DNA of 63,195 nucleotides, the filler included, from Octopus bimaculoides (lineage: Eukaryota), in NCBI RefSeq assembly GCF_001194135.2. It is 3 parts of 3 records of this genome, joined end to end, with 100 filler letters (N's around TTAATTAATTAA, not from the genome) between each part and the next. Parts side by side here need not be neighbours in the genome. Positions count along the whole stretch, not along the records: positions 1 to 31,827 come from NC_068985.1; 2 more parts are not named here. One strand, 5' to 3'. The position numbers and the translations under genes were made by a program. Below the pieces are notes generated by a model. The model saw nothing but the letters and a program-made list of their open reading frames with translations, was not told where the DNA came from and ran no database searches. Positions 12,761 through 25,224 of the stretch are shown here, piece after piece (within the stretch, counting starts at the first letter, position 1; each line of letters opens with the position of its first letter).

Positions 12761-15219
12761 TACACTACAGTTATTTATTCTCCTATATCTCATTTTATTG
12801 TTTTCAAACATATTTCATATTTTTTAGCTTCACAGCCAAGGTCATACTAAATGTAGTAACGCCGTGCGCATGCGTAGTCTCACGCATGCGTGGAATTAAA
12901 CAAGCAAGCGTTCCCGCTTAATTCTATCTCTTTTACGGTCGGCCGACCATGAGCATTGGACGTGTTAAGCTGTCTCTCTACATCTTTCGGACTTACACTC
13001 GACAGCTCGCTTGCAACTACATACCCACGTGCCAACAACTATGCTCATACACACAGAAGCTGTAACAACAAGAACTAAAGATGTATATATTTACCACCTG
13101 AATAAATGTTGTTTAAGTTGATAGTCTGGAGTTCAGCGTTCCGTTATATTCTAATTTTATAGTAGGAAAGTCAGGTATACATCTAATGATGTGTAGTGAA
13201 ACTACCTCCCNNNNNNNNNNNNNNNNNNNNNNNNNNNNNNNNNNNNNNNNNNNNNNNNNNNNNNNNNNNNNNNNNNNNNNNNNNNNNNNNNNNNNNNNNN
13301 NNNNNNNNNNNNNNNNNNNNNNNNNNNNNNNNNNNNNNNNNNNNNNNNNNNNNNNNNNNNNNNNNNNNNNNNNNNNNNNNNNNNNNNNNNNNNNNNNNNN
13401 NNNNNNNNNNNNNNNNNNNNNNNNNNNNNNNNNNNNNNNNNNNNNNNNNNNNNNNNNNNNNNNNNNNNNNNNNNNNNNNNNNNNNNNNNNNNNNNNNNNN
13501 NNNNNNNNNNNNNNNNNNNNNNNNNNNNNNNNNNNNNNNNNNNNNNNNNNNNNNNNNNNNNNNNNNNNNNNNNNNNNNNNNNNNNNNNNNNNNNNNNNNN
13601 NNNNNNNNNNNNNNNNNNNNNNNNNNNNNNNNNNNNNNNNNNNNNNNNNNNNNNNNNNNNNNNNNNNNNNNNNNNNNNNNNNNNNNNNNNNNNNNNNNNN
13701 NNNNNNNNNNNNNNNNNNNNNNNNNNNNNNNNNNNNNNNNNNNNNNNNNNNNNNNNNNNNNNNNNNNNNNNNNNNNNNNNNNNNNNNNNNNNNNNNNNNN
13801 NNNNNNNNNNNNNNNNNNNNNNNNNNNNNNNNNNNNNNNNNNNNNNNNNNNNNNNNNNNNNNNNNNNNNNNNNNNNNNNNNNNNNNNNNNNNNNNNNNNN
13901 NNNNNNNNNNNNNNNNNNNNNNNNNNNNNNNNNNNNNNNNNNNNNNNNNNNNNNNNNNNNNNNNNNNNNNNNNNNNNNNNNNNNNNNNNNNNNNNNNNNN
14001 NNNNNNNNNNNNNNNNNNNNNNNNNNNNNNNNNNNNNNNNNNNNNNNNNNNNNNNGTATAACAAGAATCACGGCCCGGCATCGATGCCACGACATCACAA
14101 CTAGTGATCAGCTCTGCCACACTCAGCCTTTCCTCACTTTCACATACAGAACTTTTCCTATAGTGTACTAACGAACTGGTATAATTGCTCACGTGTTATT
14201 GACTCTCTTTCTATCTGCTGTAAACACTCATACACACATGTATCACTCACATACACACTTTTCTTTGTATGACGGCCTGTCTTTGATTATGTTCTTATAT
14301 GTCGCATTCACACTCTCACACAGACATACATCTTTAACGCCATAATAAATATCTCTGTTATTCATCTAATACGGTTGTGGTCTTTCATTACTGGTCACAT
14401 ATGTTATTGTCGCATAACATATCATCTATATCATTATTGATATATATATTTGTATGTTCGACCGTGTGACACGTTTAAATAAAAGGAGTCCTCTGTTTTT
14501 CCATTCGTCACCATATCTCCTTTTTGAGTTCGCACGGTCGTCCCTTACAGATGTATAAATCACTTTCTACTAAATAAGGATCGGCTGGTGATAAACGTTG
14601 TTTGTTAAATCGTGCTAGTGTTCTAAAAACTGATATGTATTCGATTAAACTGCTGTATGTTTATATAAGAGATACTATGAATATAAAAACTCATATGTAT
14701 TTGATTAAACTGCTGTATGTTGATGTAACAGATCCTACGAAGAGTAATATATAAATTGCATATACATATAAAATTTCATTGTGATGGTTATAATCAATAT
14801 TGAAGCTTTATTGATTTTGTGCCAATGGAGCCAGTTGTCTCTGGTTTCAAAAAGAAGTAAATAAACAGTATATCGAGGTCGAAACCTCGTGCATAGTAGT
14901 CTTAATATCTATCGTTACAGTTATAATGACGATGTTAGCTTTTCGTGTTGTCGTTTTAAAGCCAATCAATGGTTATTGTATCATCTTTACTTTTGTGGTC
15001 GATCTATTTGCTGTCACAGAATCTAATCTATATACCTGGTTGTTCAAGGCATCTGATCATCGATACTTAGGTGCATTGATTTCAGTTTACAACCTGTGAG
15101 ATCCAACTTCACATCTACTTTCACCCAGCAAAATAATGAAATACTCGTCAGGACGATTCAATAAATGTCCATCATAACGCATACTGTTGTCTTAAACAAA
15201 AAAGATAAACCGAACATAT

Positions 15220-16462
15220 GACGAGGCAAGTCAGCTGTAATTCAGACTACTGTCAGTAGAAGCCACTTGATGTGGCCCTCAGGCATCAGTCTGCCGACTG
15301 ATGTCGTCCTGTGATTTTGTACTGCCACGTTGTGCGATTTTTATGATGGCCGTTCATCAATTTTCATGATGGCTGAAACAAAGGAACAGCGTACTTCCAT
15401 GAAATTTTGTATTCTGCAGGGGGGAAACGGCAGCCGAAACAAGTGTCATGCTTCAAACAGCTTACAAGGACTCTACCATGAGAAAAACACAACTTTATCA
15501 GTGGTTTTCTCGTTTTAAGAATGGTCACTTATTGATTGAAGACAAACCTCATTCAGTGCGACTGTTGACTTCCCGATGAAAACATCACGAAAATTCATGA
15601 ACTAGTCTTGGAGGACCATCTCTGCAATTAACGAACTTGTTGATATGACTGGTGTGTACTGGGGTGCCCACCAACGGATTTTGAGTGAGGAATTGCGAAT
15701 GAAAAGAATTTGCAGCAAAATTTGTGCCTCACTTGCTCACAGAAGGCAAATGTGTGTCGTGAACTGAAACAGTTGAAAGTTGATTCAGACCTTTTTTCAA
15801 ACGTCATCGCTGGTGATGAAAGCTGGTGCTACAGCTACGACTCAAAAATGAAGCATCGATCAAGTTAATGGAAGCTTTCACTGTCACCACACCCTCAAAA
15901 AACATGTCAAGCGAAGTCCAATGTGAAAATGATGTTGATATGTTTCATCAATGCGAAAGGGATCGTCTGCACATAATTTGTTCCTCCTGATCAAGCTGTT
16001 ATTTTTACTTGGCACTTCTGAAGTGTTTGTGAGATGCGGTGAGAAGAAAGCGCCCCGACCTGTGGCAAAGTGGAGGGTGGTGGTTTCATCACGACAATGC
16101 TCCTGCGCACACCGCCTTGATTGTGAAACAGTTGTTGGCCAAACATTGCACAATTCCGCTTACCCACCCTCCCTATTCACCCGATCTTGCTTCTTGTGAC
16201 TTATTTTTGTTCCCCTGAATAAAAAATGTCTTTAAAGAAAAACGTTTTGCAGATGTGGAAGAAGTGAAGAAAAAATGACAGAGGCGTTAAAAGGCATCAT
16301 TTTGCAAGAGTTCCAGGACTGCTTTGAACAGTGAAAAACATATCTGGACCAATTCATTGCTTCAAATGGAGAACACTTTGAAGGCGATAGAAGTGTAACC
16401 ATGTAAAACTAAGTAAATAAAATAAAATTGCAAAATTCAGGTTTCTTTTGGGTATCCCCTTG
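15220..16462 (+). mobile_element. Decayed mariner (DD34D, irritans-like) transposon
   Basis: MAETKEQRTSMKFC..., QWFSRFKNG, GDESWCYSYD, HHDNAPAHTA, HPPYSPDLASCDLFLFP motifs with frameshifts; right end ...gggtatccccttg followed by TA; left end approximate. Confidence 0.9.
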
Positions 16463-16569
16463 TATTTAGTACCTGATAAACAAAATCTGTGGCTGTGTCA
16501 TAGATGAAACAGGTTTACTCAGTCAGAGCCAATCTGGAGCTAAACAGCAACAACGTTCATCAACTAAAC

Positions 16570-17815
16570 CAGTGGTTCTCAAACTGGGGTCCGCAAAGGG
16601 ATGCTGAAGTATCATGAAAATGGGTGGCTTGAGAAAGTTAAGCTTCAAAATTTCAAGATTTTCAATTTTCGCATGCTATCATCCTTTTTTGTTGTTGACC
16701 TGAAAAACCCTCGCCACTACTACATTCTCATTTTCTAATCACACTTGTTGTACAAGTGTGACTGGCCGATGGAAAATATGAAGGTATAACAGTTGATCAT
16801 GCATGTGCTGTTGGTATTTTAGGCTCACACGATACACCACTCCGCTATTGCAATCCATATGTTTGCATGTCTCTAGCCGTCGTTGTCCTCACTGGTGCAT
16901 GTTTCTGCATGACCTTGCCCTTTGCCAGACACCCATTCTCATCCCACATGGTGGCTGAGCTTTATAAGGCATGGTTGTTTTTCATAGCAGCATGTTCTGA
17001 CAGAACTGTCTTCTCAACTGTTATCAATTCACAGAGGTTTATCTACGGACACAACAACGCTCACATGCATTTTGGATTTCTTTCACAATTAACAGTGAGA
17101 GGTAGGCTTTATTGTTAATTAGTGCACCCAAAAGCTAGCTACACTAAGGCATATATACACACCGGTAGTACATGATAAATTCGAAATAAATATACAATAT
17201 AGTTAAATTAAATTGGTTTACTGAATTATATCTTTTTTTATACCTCCAAAAAAGAAAATAAGATATGACGAATCTTATTTGAAATTCGGTTTTACTGTGA
17301 TAAAGTCTGGCAGGGAAAGAAACCACAGTGTATTTTGTGCACCGGCGTTTTAGCGTTTACTTCACTTAAAGCCTACCAAGTTCAAGAGGCACTTCGAAAT
17401 AAAACATCCCATTTCAGTAAATAGAGATGTCGACTTCTTCAGACGCGAAGCCGACAGATTTACGAAGTCCAGACTCGATGACACAGGAATGTTATGGTAT
17501 TACGGCTGGTTTGAAAGCATCCTACGAAGTTTCAAGGAAAATAGCTGTTGCCAAAAAGCCTCACAATATTGGCGAAGAGTTGATATTGCCTTGTTGCAAA
17601 GATATCGTATCGAAAGTGCCAGGAAGTCCCGAATGTCAGAAGCTGAAGCATGTATCTCTCTCAAATGATACTGTTAACAAGCGAATAACTCAGCTGTCTG
17701 ATAACACTCTGTCACAATTGCTCTCTAAGATTCACAATTCGCTTTTGAACTTTTTTTTGCCATCCAGCTTGATGAAACGACGGATGTTTCCAGCTTAGCC
17801 CAACTTTGCGTCTTT
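16570..17815 (+). mobile_element. hAT (Buster/Charlie, ZBED5/SCAND3-like) transposon, 3'-truncated
   Basis: Left end cagtggttctcaaactggggtccgc; BED finger (YDESYLKFGF, KPQCILC, KRHFEIKH) and KKPHNIGEELILP...LSNDTV...IQLDETTDVS; broken by frameshifts and a SINE. Confidence 0.9.
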
Positions 17816-17959
17816 TCTTTTATTCTTTTTTTTTTATTTGCTTCAGTCGCTTTCCTGTAGCCATGCTGGAGCACCACCTTTTAGTTGAAGAAATCAACCC
17901 TGAACTTATTCTTTGTAAGCCTGGTAGGCCACAATGACATTGAAGCCATTGGTCTGGGA

Positions 17960-18350
17960 CTCCTCCTCCTCCTCCTTCTTCTGCCTTCTCTTTTTCATCT
18001 ACTTCTGTTTCTTCCGCTTCTGTCTCCTCCTCTTCCTCTTTCGCTTCTTCCTCCTCTTCTTCTGCATCCTCACCCCTCCTCTGTTTCTTTCTCCTCTGTT
18101 CCTTCCCTTCCTTCTCTTGCATTGCCTCTTCTTTCTCTGCCTCCTACCCTATCTCTTTCTCCTTCCCCCCTCATGCTTTGTCTCGTCTTTCTCTCCCTCC
18201 ATTGCCTCTTCCTCTCTCTCCTTCTCCTCTTCCTCTTCTTCCTCCTCCCACTGCTTTTCTCAGCTCCCTCCAATTGCTCCTTTGCACTTCCTCTTTGTCT
18301 TACTCCTTCTCCTTGTCCTCTTTCTTCTCCTCTGACTTCGAGTTATATCA
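17960..18350. repeat. CT-rich low-complexity tract
   Basis: Pyrimidine-rich degenerate (CTT/CCT)n; explains several spurious ORFs. Confidence 0.9.
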
Positions 18351-18696
18351 CAAAAAGAAAGTGAAGGACACTAGATCAAGACAGACCGAGGTGCAAGAAG
18401 ACGAAAAGGGTCAATGACCAAAACTCTAATTTAATGAATAGCAAGAACAACAGGATGACAAAACAAATGAAAAATACCACATCAATAACAACAATAACAA
18501 CAAAAAAATAACAACCAGTGAGAACAGTAACTACAACAACAATACTACACATAAAGGCAGTGGATTGACGGAGTTGTTAGAGCGTTGGATAGAATGCTTT
18601 CGATTCTGAGTTCAAATCCTGTCATGGCCTACCCGAAGATAGATTTAATCCGACATCTTGTTTAAATCTACTACTTGGCACCTTGGGTGTCTTTAA

Positions 18697-18892
18697 TCCT
18701 TTGGCATTCAAACCAGTCATATCTGGCCAAAATATTGTCTAAAGTTCAAACTGGGCAGATCTTTTAATGTCATTTTGAACATAAATAATCACATCATCGA
18801 AATCTCAGGACTACAAGATAATGCAGGATAAATTCAAAATGACACGAATAAACAAGCTTTATATCTGATAGAATAATCTGAATGCTAAAGGG
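18697..18892. mobile_element. piggyBac-type MITE (~196 bp)
   Basis: Flanked by TTAA at 18693-18696 and 18893-18896; termini tcctttggcattca / tgaatgctaaaggg are imperfect inverted repeats. Confidence 0.75.
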
Positions 18893-19099
18893 TTAACGGT
18901 ATCCACTCTGTTTCGAGTATTTGGACCAGGTTTCCGGTTTGAAGATAACTTCCTCCTTTCTTCCCTCCCACCAGGCTTGAAAGCCCTGTTAGGGATCGTG
19001 GGCACGACATTCTTTCCTCACTGAAAAATAAAAACAAAAGTATCAACACACAGACATATACTCCTCTACTTCACCATTCTCCTTTCAGAGAACAGTGAA

Positions 19100-19895
19100 T
19101 TAATGGAGTATGTAAAGCAAAAAACAAAAATACACACACAAAGTTGATTGTCATGCTCGGTCACAGAGTGACTATTGGTTTCGCACCGTGTAGGCTGTGT
19201 ATACTAGGCAGTCCTCTTTGGTTTATACAAAGATGATGTTTTGGCCATCTTTAGAAAAGCTAACGGACATACCCTTGATAGGCTTTGGAAGGACATAATT
19301 AGCACTCTCATAATTAGCTCCTGTAAACTTCTTAGATATTACGTTAGACTGGACTCCTGTTCATACAGTCCCTACTGCAAAGCAAAAGAGAGGCTGTCTT
19401 ATATCATCCACATATGGCACTAAAAAGAGGAAGGCACTCCATACATAACTAAATGGAAGAATCTTGAACAGTCAGAGACATATAAACGGGAGCAAACGGT
19501 GTATGTTTTGCTTGACTGAGAGAGCAAGAACCCTGCAAAATGTGCTTGACTCGGGGGCCTTTGTAAACTCCAGGAAAGAAATATCTAGTCAATGTCCACA
19601 TCTGAGGCTTCTTGTTACAAGCTTGGAAGTCCTCATTCGTTGAATAGAACCACGGAAGCAGCTTCGAGAATCGCCACGGTAGGAACCGATGTAAAGGAGA
19701 CAACCTCGTCCCGCCAGAAACACCACGGCCATTTCGTGTATATATTTTTTGTTTGCAAAACTAACTGACCATGACGTTTTCCTCCCTCCATTTGTGGAGA
19801 GGTTATGTATATATGGCCGTTTGAGTCTGATGAGTTGTCTATACGGCTAAGCGCTTTATAGATGCAAAAACAATGGTCACTCTCTGACTAACCAT
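19100..19895 (+). mobile_element. Internally deleted Penelope-like retroelement (RT fragment, GIY-YIG C-terminus, pLTR)
   Basis: GLYKDDVLAIFRKANGHTLDRLWKDII (PLE RT active-site region); then IHIWH*KEEGTPYITKW and downstream Cys/His pattern; ends in hammerhead-like motif. Confidence 0.75.
19823..19882 (+). ncRNA. Degenerate type I hammerhead ribozyme motif
   Basis: gagt-CTGATGA-stem II (tctata/tataga)-AAAAC-aatg-GTC-actc; conserved GAAA is AAAA. Confidence 0.6.
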
Positions 19896-20304
19896 AACAA
19901 AATATATTACTGCTCTAATGTTTTTGAATGTGCTTCTTTTTCGAATATATGAACTCCTGACAATAGTATGTGTTATGTATTCTTTTGTTCTTTGTGGGAT
20001 AATAAACAACTCACTGAAGGCATTGTTATGTTTCTAGGTGTTTACTTTATTTGACATGTTTACAAACAGTGTCTATAGCGGAGTGATACACGCTGTGCGT
20101 ATCTGCCTTAAACACAGTTCATACTACTTAGTGGATGCGCTTAACAAAATAGTACTGCTAGTGAAGATGTATTCATATATACGTATACCTATGCATGCAC
20201 ATAGATATGAACATATAACAGTATGTATGTATGTACTGATAAATAGAAAGATAAATTGATATAGATATATAAACAGATAGAAAAGTAGATTGATAGATAT
20301 ATAG

Positions 20305-20352
20305 ACAGATAGAAAAGTAGATTGATAGATATATAGATATAGATAGATAGAC

Positions 20353-20403
<51 letters not shown>

Positions 20404-20430
20404 CATACATACATACATACATACATACAG
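20305..20430. repeat. (GATA)n/(CATA)n microsatellite
   Basis: Direct inspection. Confidence 0.95.
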
Positions 20431-21273
20431 AGACAAGACGAAGGATAAGACATCGACTAACTCTCTTTCAAAAAGCAGCGGCTAACTCTATAGAGTTGTT
20501 CAAATATCACCTGTGGAGTTTCCCACATTACGTGGGGATCTGAATTTAAAACTGCTTATGCAATGTCACTGGAAGTCTCCCGAGAACATTGAAATTTGGA
20601 TTATCAGATTGCTCTGAATATAAAATGATCTCTTCCACTTATTTTTCTGTCAAGCATGTCAATAATAAAAGTTAGTTGCGAAAATGTGCGTGGTATAGGG
20701 TTGGTTTGAAAGTCAGATCATTTGCTTAATAATCTCAAGTCACTATAATTTAGATGGTAGCCATCATCACTGACGACCAGAATTTTCGGGATGTTCGTTA
20801 AAATTAAAACTGCTTATGCAATGCTAGAGAGGATCTACCGACAACATCGAAAACTGAATTGACCAGTTATCCTGAATATAAAGGGATCTCTTATAATATG
20901 TCCAAAGCCGACCGTTGCAATTTCGAGCGGCCAGATATTTAGATCTCAAGATCATGATCTACACTGTTATCAAAAATAAGACACAAAAGCAGGGTTAGAT
21001 TTCTAAAAGGTGATACTGTCTTTCCAATGCGAAAAGCTGACAGCCAGATGAGTGGACTAATTAAGTGGGTATTGGTGGTAGCAATTATCAACAAGAGAAT
21101 TGTGTTTCTCTGAACAAAAAAACCTTATTTTGGGTAGAATCAATGGGATATAGCAAAGAAGTCGTGGTTGAAACAAATATACTAGAACAGGAGCTACCCT
21201 GCAGGTGAGAAGAGGCGATTAGAACAAGCATTACAACTGACATGCTAGTAGCTTACCATATCATAATGACAGT

Positions 21274-21737
21274 GGAGGCGCAATGGTCCAGTGGTTAGGG
21301 CAGCGGACTCGCGGTCATAGGATCGTGGTTTCAATTCCCAGACCGAGCGTTGTGAGTGTTTATTGAACGAAAAACCTAAAGCTTCATGAGGCTCCGGCAG
21401 GGGATGGTGGTGAACCCTGCTGAACTCTTTCACCACAACTTTCTCTCACTCTTACTTCCTGTTTCTGTTCTGCCTGTAATTCAAAGGGCCAGCCTTGTCA
21501 CACTGTGTCACGCTGAATATCCCCGAGAACTACGTTAAGGGTACANNNNNNNNNNNNNNNNNNNNNNNNNNNNNNNNNNNNNNNNNNNNNNNNNNNNNNN
21601 NNNNNNNNNNNNNNNNNNNNNNNNNNNCTGTGGAGTGCTCAGCCACTTGCACGTTAATTTCATGAGCAGGCTGTTCTGTTGAGTGGATCAACCGGAACCC
21701 TCGTCGTCGTAAGCGATGGAGTGCCAACAAACAAACA
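21274..21737 (+). mobile_element. tRNA-derived SINE ('family D')
   Basis: Head ggaggcgcaatggtccagtggttagggcagcggactcgcgg with B-box-like gtttcaattccc; related copy at 34807-35121. Confidence 0.8.
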
Positions 21738-22865
21738 TAATGACAAGTTATCTCCACGTCAACCTCCGTACCATATTCATCTGTCAACTACCACTGGTAA
21801 CATAATGTTAACAATACTTTAACGCTAAAGTGAGTTCGTTCCTCATGGCTTGCTGCCGACAGATTTTTCTGCTTGAAAAAAAAAAATGGATTTTATCCTT
21901 TATATAAATACTGTTCAGTATCTATGCGTGGAATAAAATTTATCTTTCTACTTGTTCTTTAATGCTAAAGTATTTTATCCAATAAATATTTATATGGTTT
22001 ATGTAGTTGTATAATGTTTACAATATTTTCTGCAATTTCGTTACTGTTTATTATCGCATCTTATAAGCCCCCTTACAATCGGTTAACTAGTATTATTACA
22101 CACACACACACATACTCACTCAACACACACAAACGCATACACTTATATACACAACAGATTTACTATCGTTACACACACACTAAAATTGAGCTAAGGAAAA
22201 AGATTCAAATTCAAAACTATAAAGAGTAATCTTAAGTAATATTACACGACTATGAAAAATTGTTATAGCAAGGCAAATACAAATAACTAAACAAAAGTCC
22301 AAGGGGCGTTCAGAGCTAATATTATTAGGTTCACACTCAAAAAAGTTATGGAGTAAAAAGAATAACGTTTTGAACAAACAATCATATATAAAAAATATAC
22401 CACGGACCACAAACACATAAGAAAAGTATATAATATAAAAATAATATATATATATATAAAGTGTACAATTTTAAAAAGCATATATTCTAATAAAACACAA
22501 ATATATTTAATTCCGGTTAAAAATATATATAAAAAAACGTAAGATATATTTTTTATATAATAGAATACAAAAGGTCTAAAAGTTAAAATAAAACGACTAA
22601 AAATTCAAAATACCAGTGCTACTAGACAAATAAATAGCATGAAGATAAAATTTAAAAAAAAAAAAATATATATCTTTTAATTACCTTAGAAATTACTCTA
22701 AATTATTTAAAAAGTATTTTAATCTTGAGTTAAAATCTTTAGTCCGTGGACAATTATTTTATTTTATTTGTAAATCCATTGGATTTACAAATACAATATC
22801 TCTACACTCACTCTCTATTTCCTATCTTAACTAAACTAACTATTGCTTAATCATCTTCTCACACC

Positions 22866-22913
22866 GTTTCCGATGAAGGGATATATTTAATATCCTGGAA
22901 ACAGCTGTAAGAC
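22866..22913 (+). ncRNA. Minimal type I hammerhead ribozyme motif
   Basis: gttt-CCGATGA-stem II ggata/tatcc-GAAAC-agct-GTA-agac; palindromic stem III acagctgt. Confidence 0.7.
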
Positions 22914-23464
22914 ATTCTATTTATAAATGTTCTATATTATACACAGCCTTGGTCTTTTATCGCATTACGAAAAGTAAATCCTTATATTCACACGCTGATA
23001 TATGACCTACGTTGGAACCCTTACTCGCATAACCACCGAACCTGGAGCTCAACTGTGGTCTAACCATAGCACTTACTCAGCATTACCTGAAACCTCGGGG
23101 TCTAATTGACACCACAATCGCTCATAACCTACCCTTGATTCAATAACACTGTGTATAGACTCTGTATTTGGAATGACCAAGTTCAAAGACTGTTGGATTT
23201 TACTCATAGGGAATTGGAATCTTAATAATGGATTTACAAATGCAATGACCAATCTTAAAGACTATTGGATTTTACTCACANNNNNNNNNNTTACAAATGC
23301 AATGACCAATCTTAAAGACTATTGGATTTTACTCACAAGGTATTGGAATCTTATACGTATACCATTCTGCCTAAACAATGGATTTACAAAAACAATGTCC
23401 CTACATTCACTCTCTATTTCCTATCTTATGTAAACTAACTATTGCTTAACCATCCTCTCACACC

Positions 23465-23512
23465 GTCTCCGACGAAGGGATATAATAAATATCCTGGAAA
23501 CAGCTGTAAGAC
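23465..23512 (+). ncRNA. Minimal type I hammerhead ribozyme motif (second copy)
   Basis: gtct-CCGACGA-ggatat/atatcc-GAAAC-agct-GTA-agac; stem I gtct/agac fully paired. Confidence 0.7.
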
Positions 23513-24229
23513 CTATTTNNNNNNNNNNNNNNNNNNNNNNNNNNNNNNNNNNNNNNNNNNNNNNNNNNNNNNNNNNNNNNNNNNNNNNNNNNNNNNNNNN
23601 NNNNNNNNNNNNNNNNNNNNNNNNNNNNNNNNNNNNNNNNNNNNNNNNNNNNNNNNNNNNNNNNATATATATATATATATATATAAATCTACTCTTAAAG
23701 CTTTGAGCAGCCTGAGACTATAGTAGAAGATATTTGTCCAAGATGTCACGCAGTGGGACTGAACACAGAAGTATGTGGTTGGGAAGCAAGCTTCTTACCA
23801 CACAACCATGCCTGAAAAAGAAATTATTAAACAATCTCTGTAAAAAGAAAAAAGAAAAGAAAAAAGGTAATACAATATTGTTATTCTTATATTCTGTATT
23901 TCTTTTATACGTTTCAACCCTAAGGCTGTGCCATGCTGGGGCTAACATCACCTCACATGTTTTGACTCATCACCTACATTGCTCATAGGTTTCTTTTATC
24001 TTTTACTCGATTCAGTCACTGGACTGTGGCCATGCTGGAGCGACACCTTGAAAGGTTTAGTCAAATAAATCCACCACAGTGCTGATTTTTTTCTTGTCTG
24101 GCACTTATTCTATCAGTCTCTTTTGCCGAATCGTTAAGTTACAAAGACGTAAGTAAATTAACGCCGGTTGTATAGTGGTGTGGGGTGGGGGACAAAGACA
24201 TTCACCTACATATAACATATACATACATA

Positions 24230-24570
24230 TATTCTTTTGTTTGTTTCAGCCATTTGACTGCGGCCAAGCTAGAGCACCGCCTTTAGTGGAATAAATCAAC
24301 TCCAGGACTTATTCCTTGTACTTATTCTATCGGTCTCTTTGCCGAACCGCCAAGTTATGGGGACGTAAACATACCAATATCGGTTGTCAAGCGATGGTGG
24401 GGGGGGGACAAACAGAGACAAAAAACATGCACACACACACACACACACATATGACGGGCTTCTTTCAGTTTCCGTCTACCAAATTCACTGACAAGGCTTT
24501 GGTTGGCCTGAGGCTATAGTAGAAGATACTTGTGCAAGGTGCCACGCAGTGGAACTGAACCCAGAACCAT
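24230..24570 (-). mobile_element. Family B SINE
   Basis: Reverse complement of family B consensus, runs into a gap. Confidence 0.8.
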
Positions 24571-24871
24571 NNNNNNNNNNNNNNNNNNNNNNNNNNNNNN
24601 NNNNNNNNNNNNNNNNNNNNNNNNNNNNNNNNNNNNNNNNNNNNNNNNNNNNNNNNNNNNNNNNNNNNNNNNNNNNNNNNNNNNNNNNNNNNNNNNNNNN
24701 NNNNNNNNNNNNNNNNNNNNNNNNNNNNNNNNNNNNNNNNNNNNNNNNNNNNNNNNNNNNNNNNNNNNNNNNNNNNNNNNNNNNNNNNNNNNNNNNNNNN
24801 NNNNNNNNNNNNNNNNNNNNNNNNNNNNNNNNNNNNNNNNNNNNNNNNNNNNNNNNNNNNNNNNNNNNNNN

Positions 24872-24903
<32 letters not shown>

Positions 24904-25224
24904 GCCATGCTTCCATACAGTTTCCATCAACAAAATTTTCTCAGAAGGCATTGGTTGGCCTGGGTCTTATATCTTATAGCAAAAGACACTTGCTTAAGCT
25001 ACGGCACAGTGAAACCGAACCCGAAATCACTAGGTTGCAAAGTGAGCTTCTTAATTATACAGTCATGCATCACAAAATTAAATTGACAGCAATAATTATA
25101 ACTGTATGGAACTGTATGAGGTGAGGGGTTCGTCCGAACCTGCCTACCGCCTCCCCTGGTAACGGTAACATATGTGAACCTGCCTACCTCCTTCCCTGGT
25201 AACATATGTAAACGATAAAGCTTT

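Larger units (their letters stand above)
22781..23518 (+). mobile_element. Penelope-type terminal repeat array: two ~140-bp repeats (22781-22920, 23380-23518)
   Basis: Direct repeats ~600 bp apart, each with a minimal hammerhead; 13-bp perfect inversion at left junction. Confidence 0.7.

Noticed and set aside
13113-14192. Long ORFs in the ORF track
   Set aside because: They run through N gaps; the same applies to ORFs at 828, 3772-4719, 24465-25124, 37486-37891, 45080-45550 and 58239-58850
15087-15183. Minus-strand exon candidate MRYDGHLLNRPDE...
   Set aside because: Acceptor present but donors weak and no homology; insufficient support
21040-21205. C-type lectin-like relic (QPD...ENCV...W)
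   Set aside because: In-frame stops and missing conserved cysteines; likely chance
21274-21345. tRNA gene calls for SINE heads (also 18555-18625, 33780-33810, 35050-35120)
   Set aside because: Heads lack a complete acceptor stem and continue into SINE bodies
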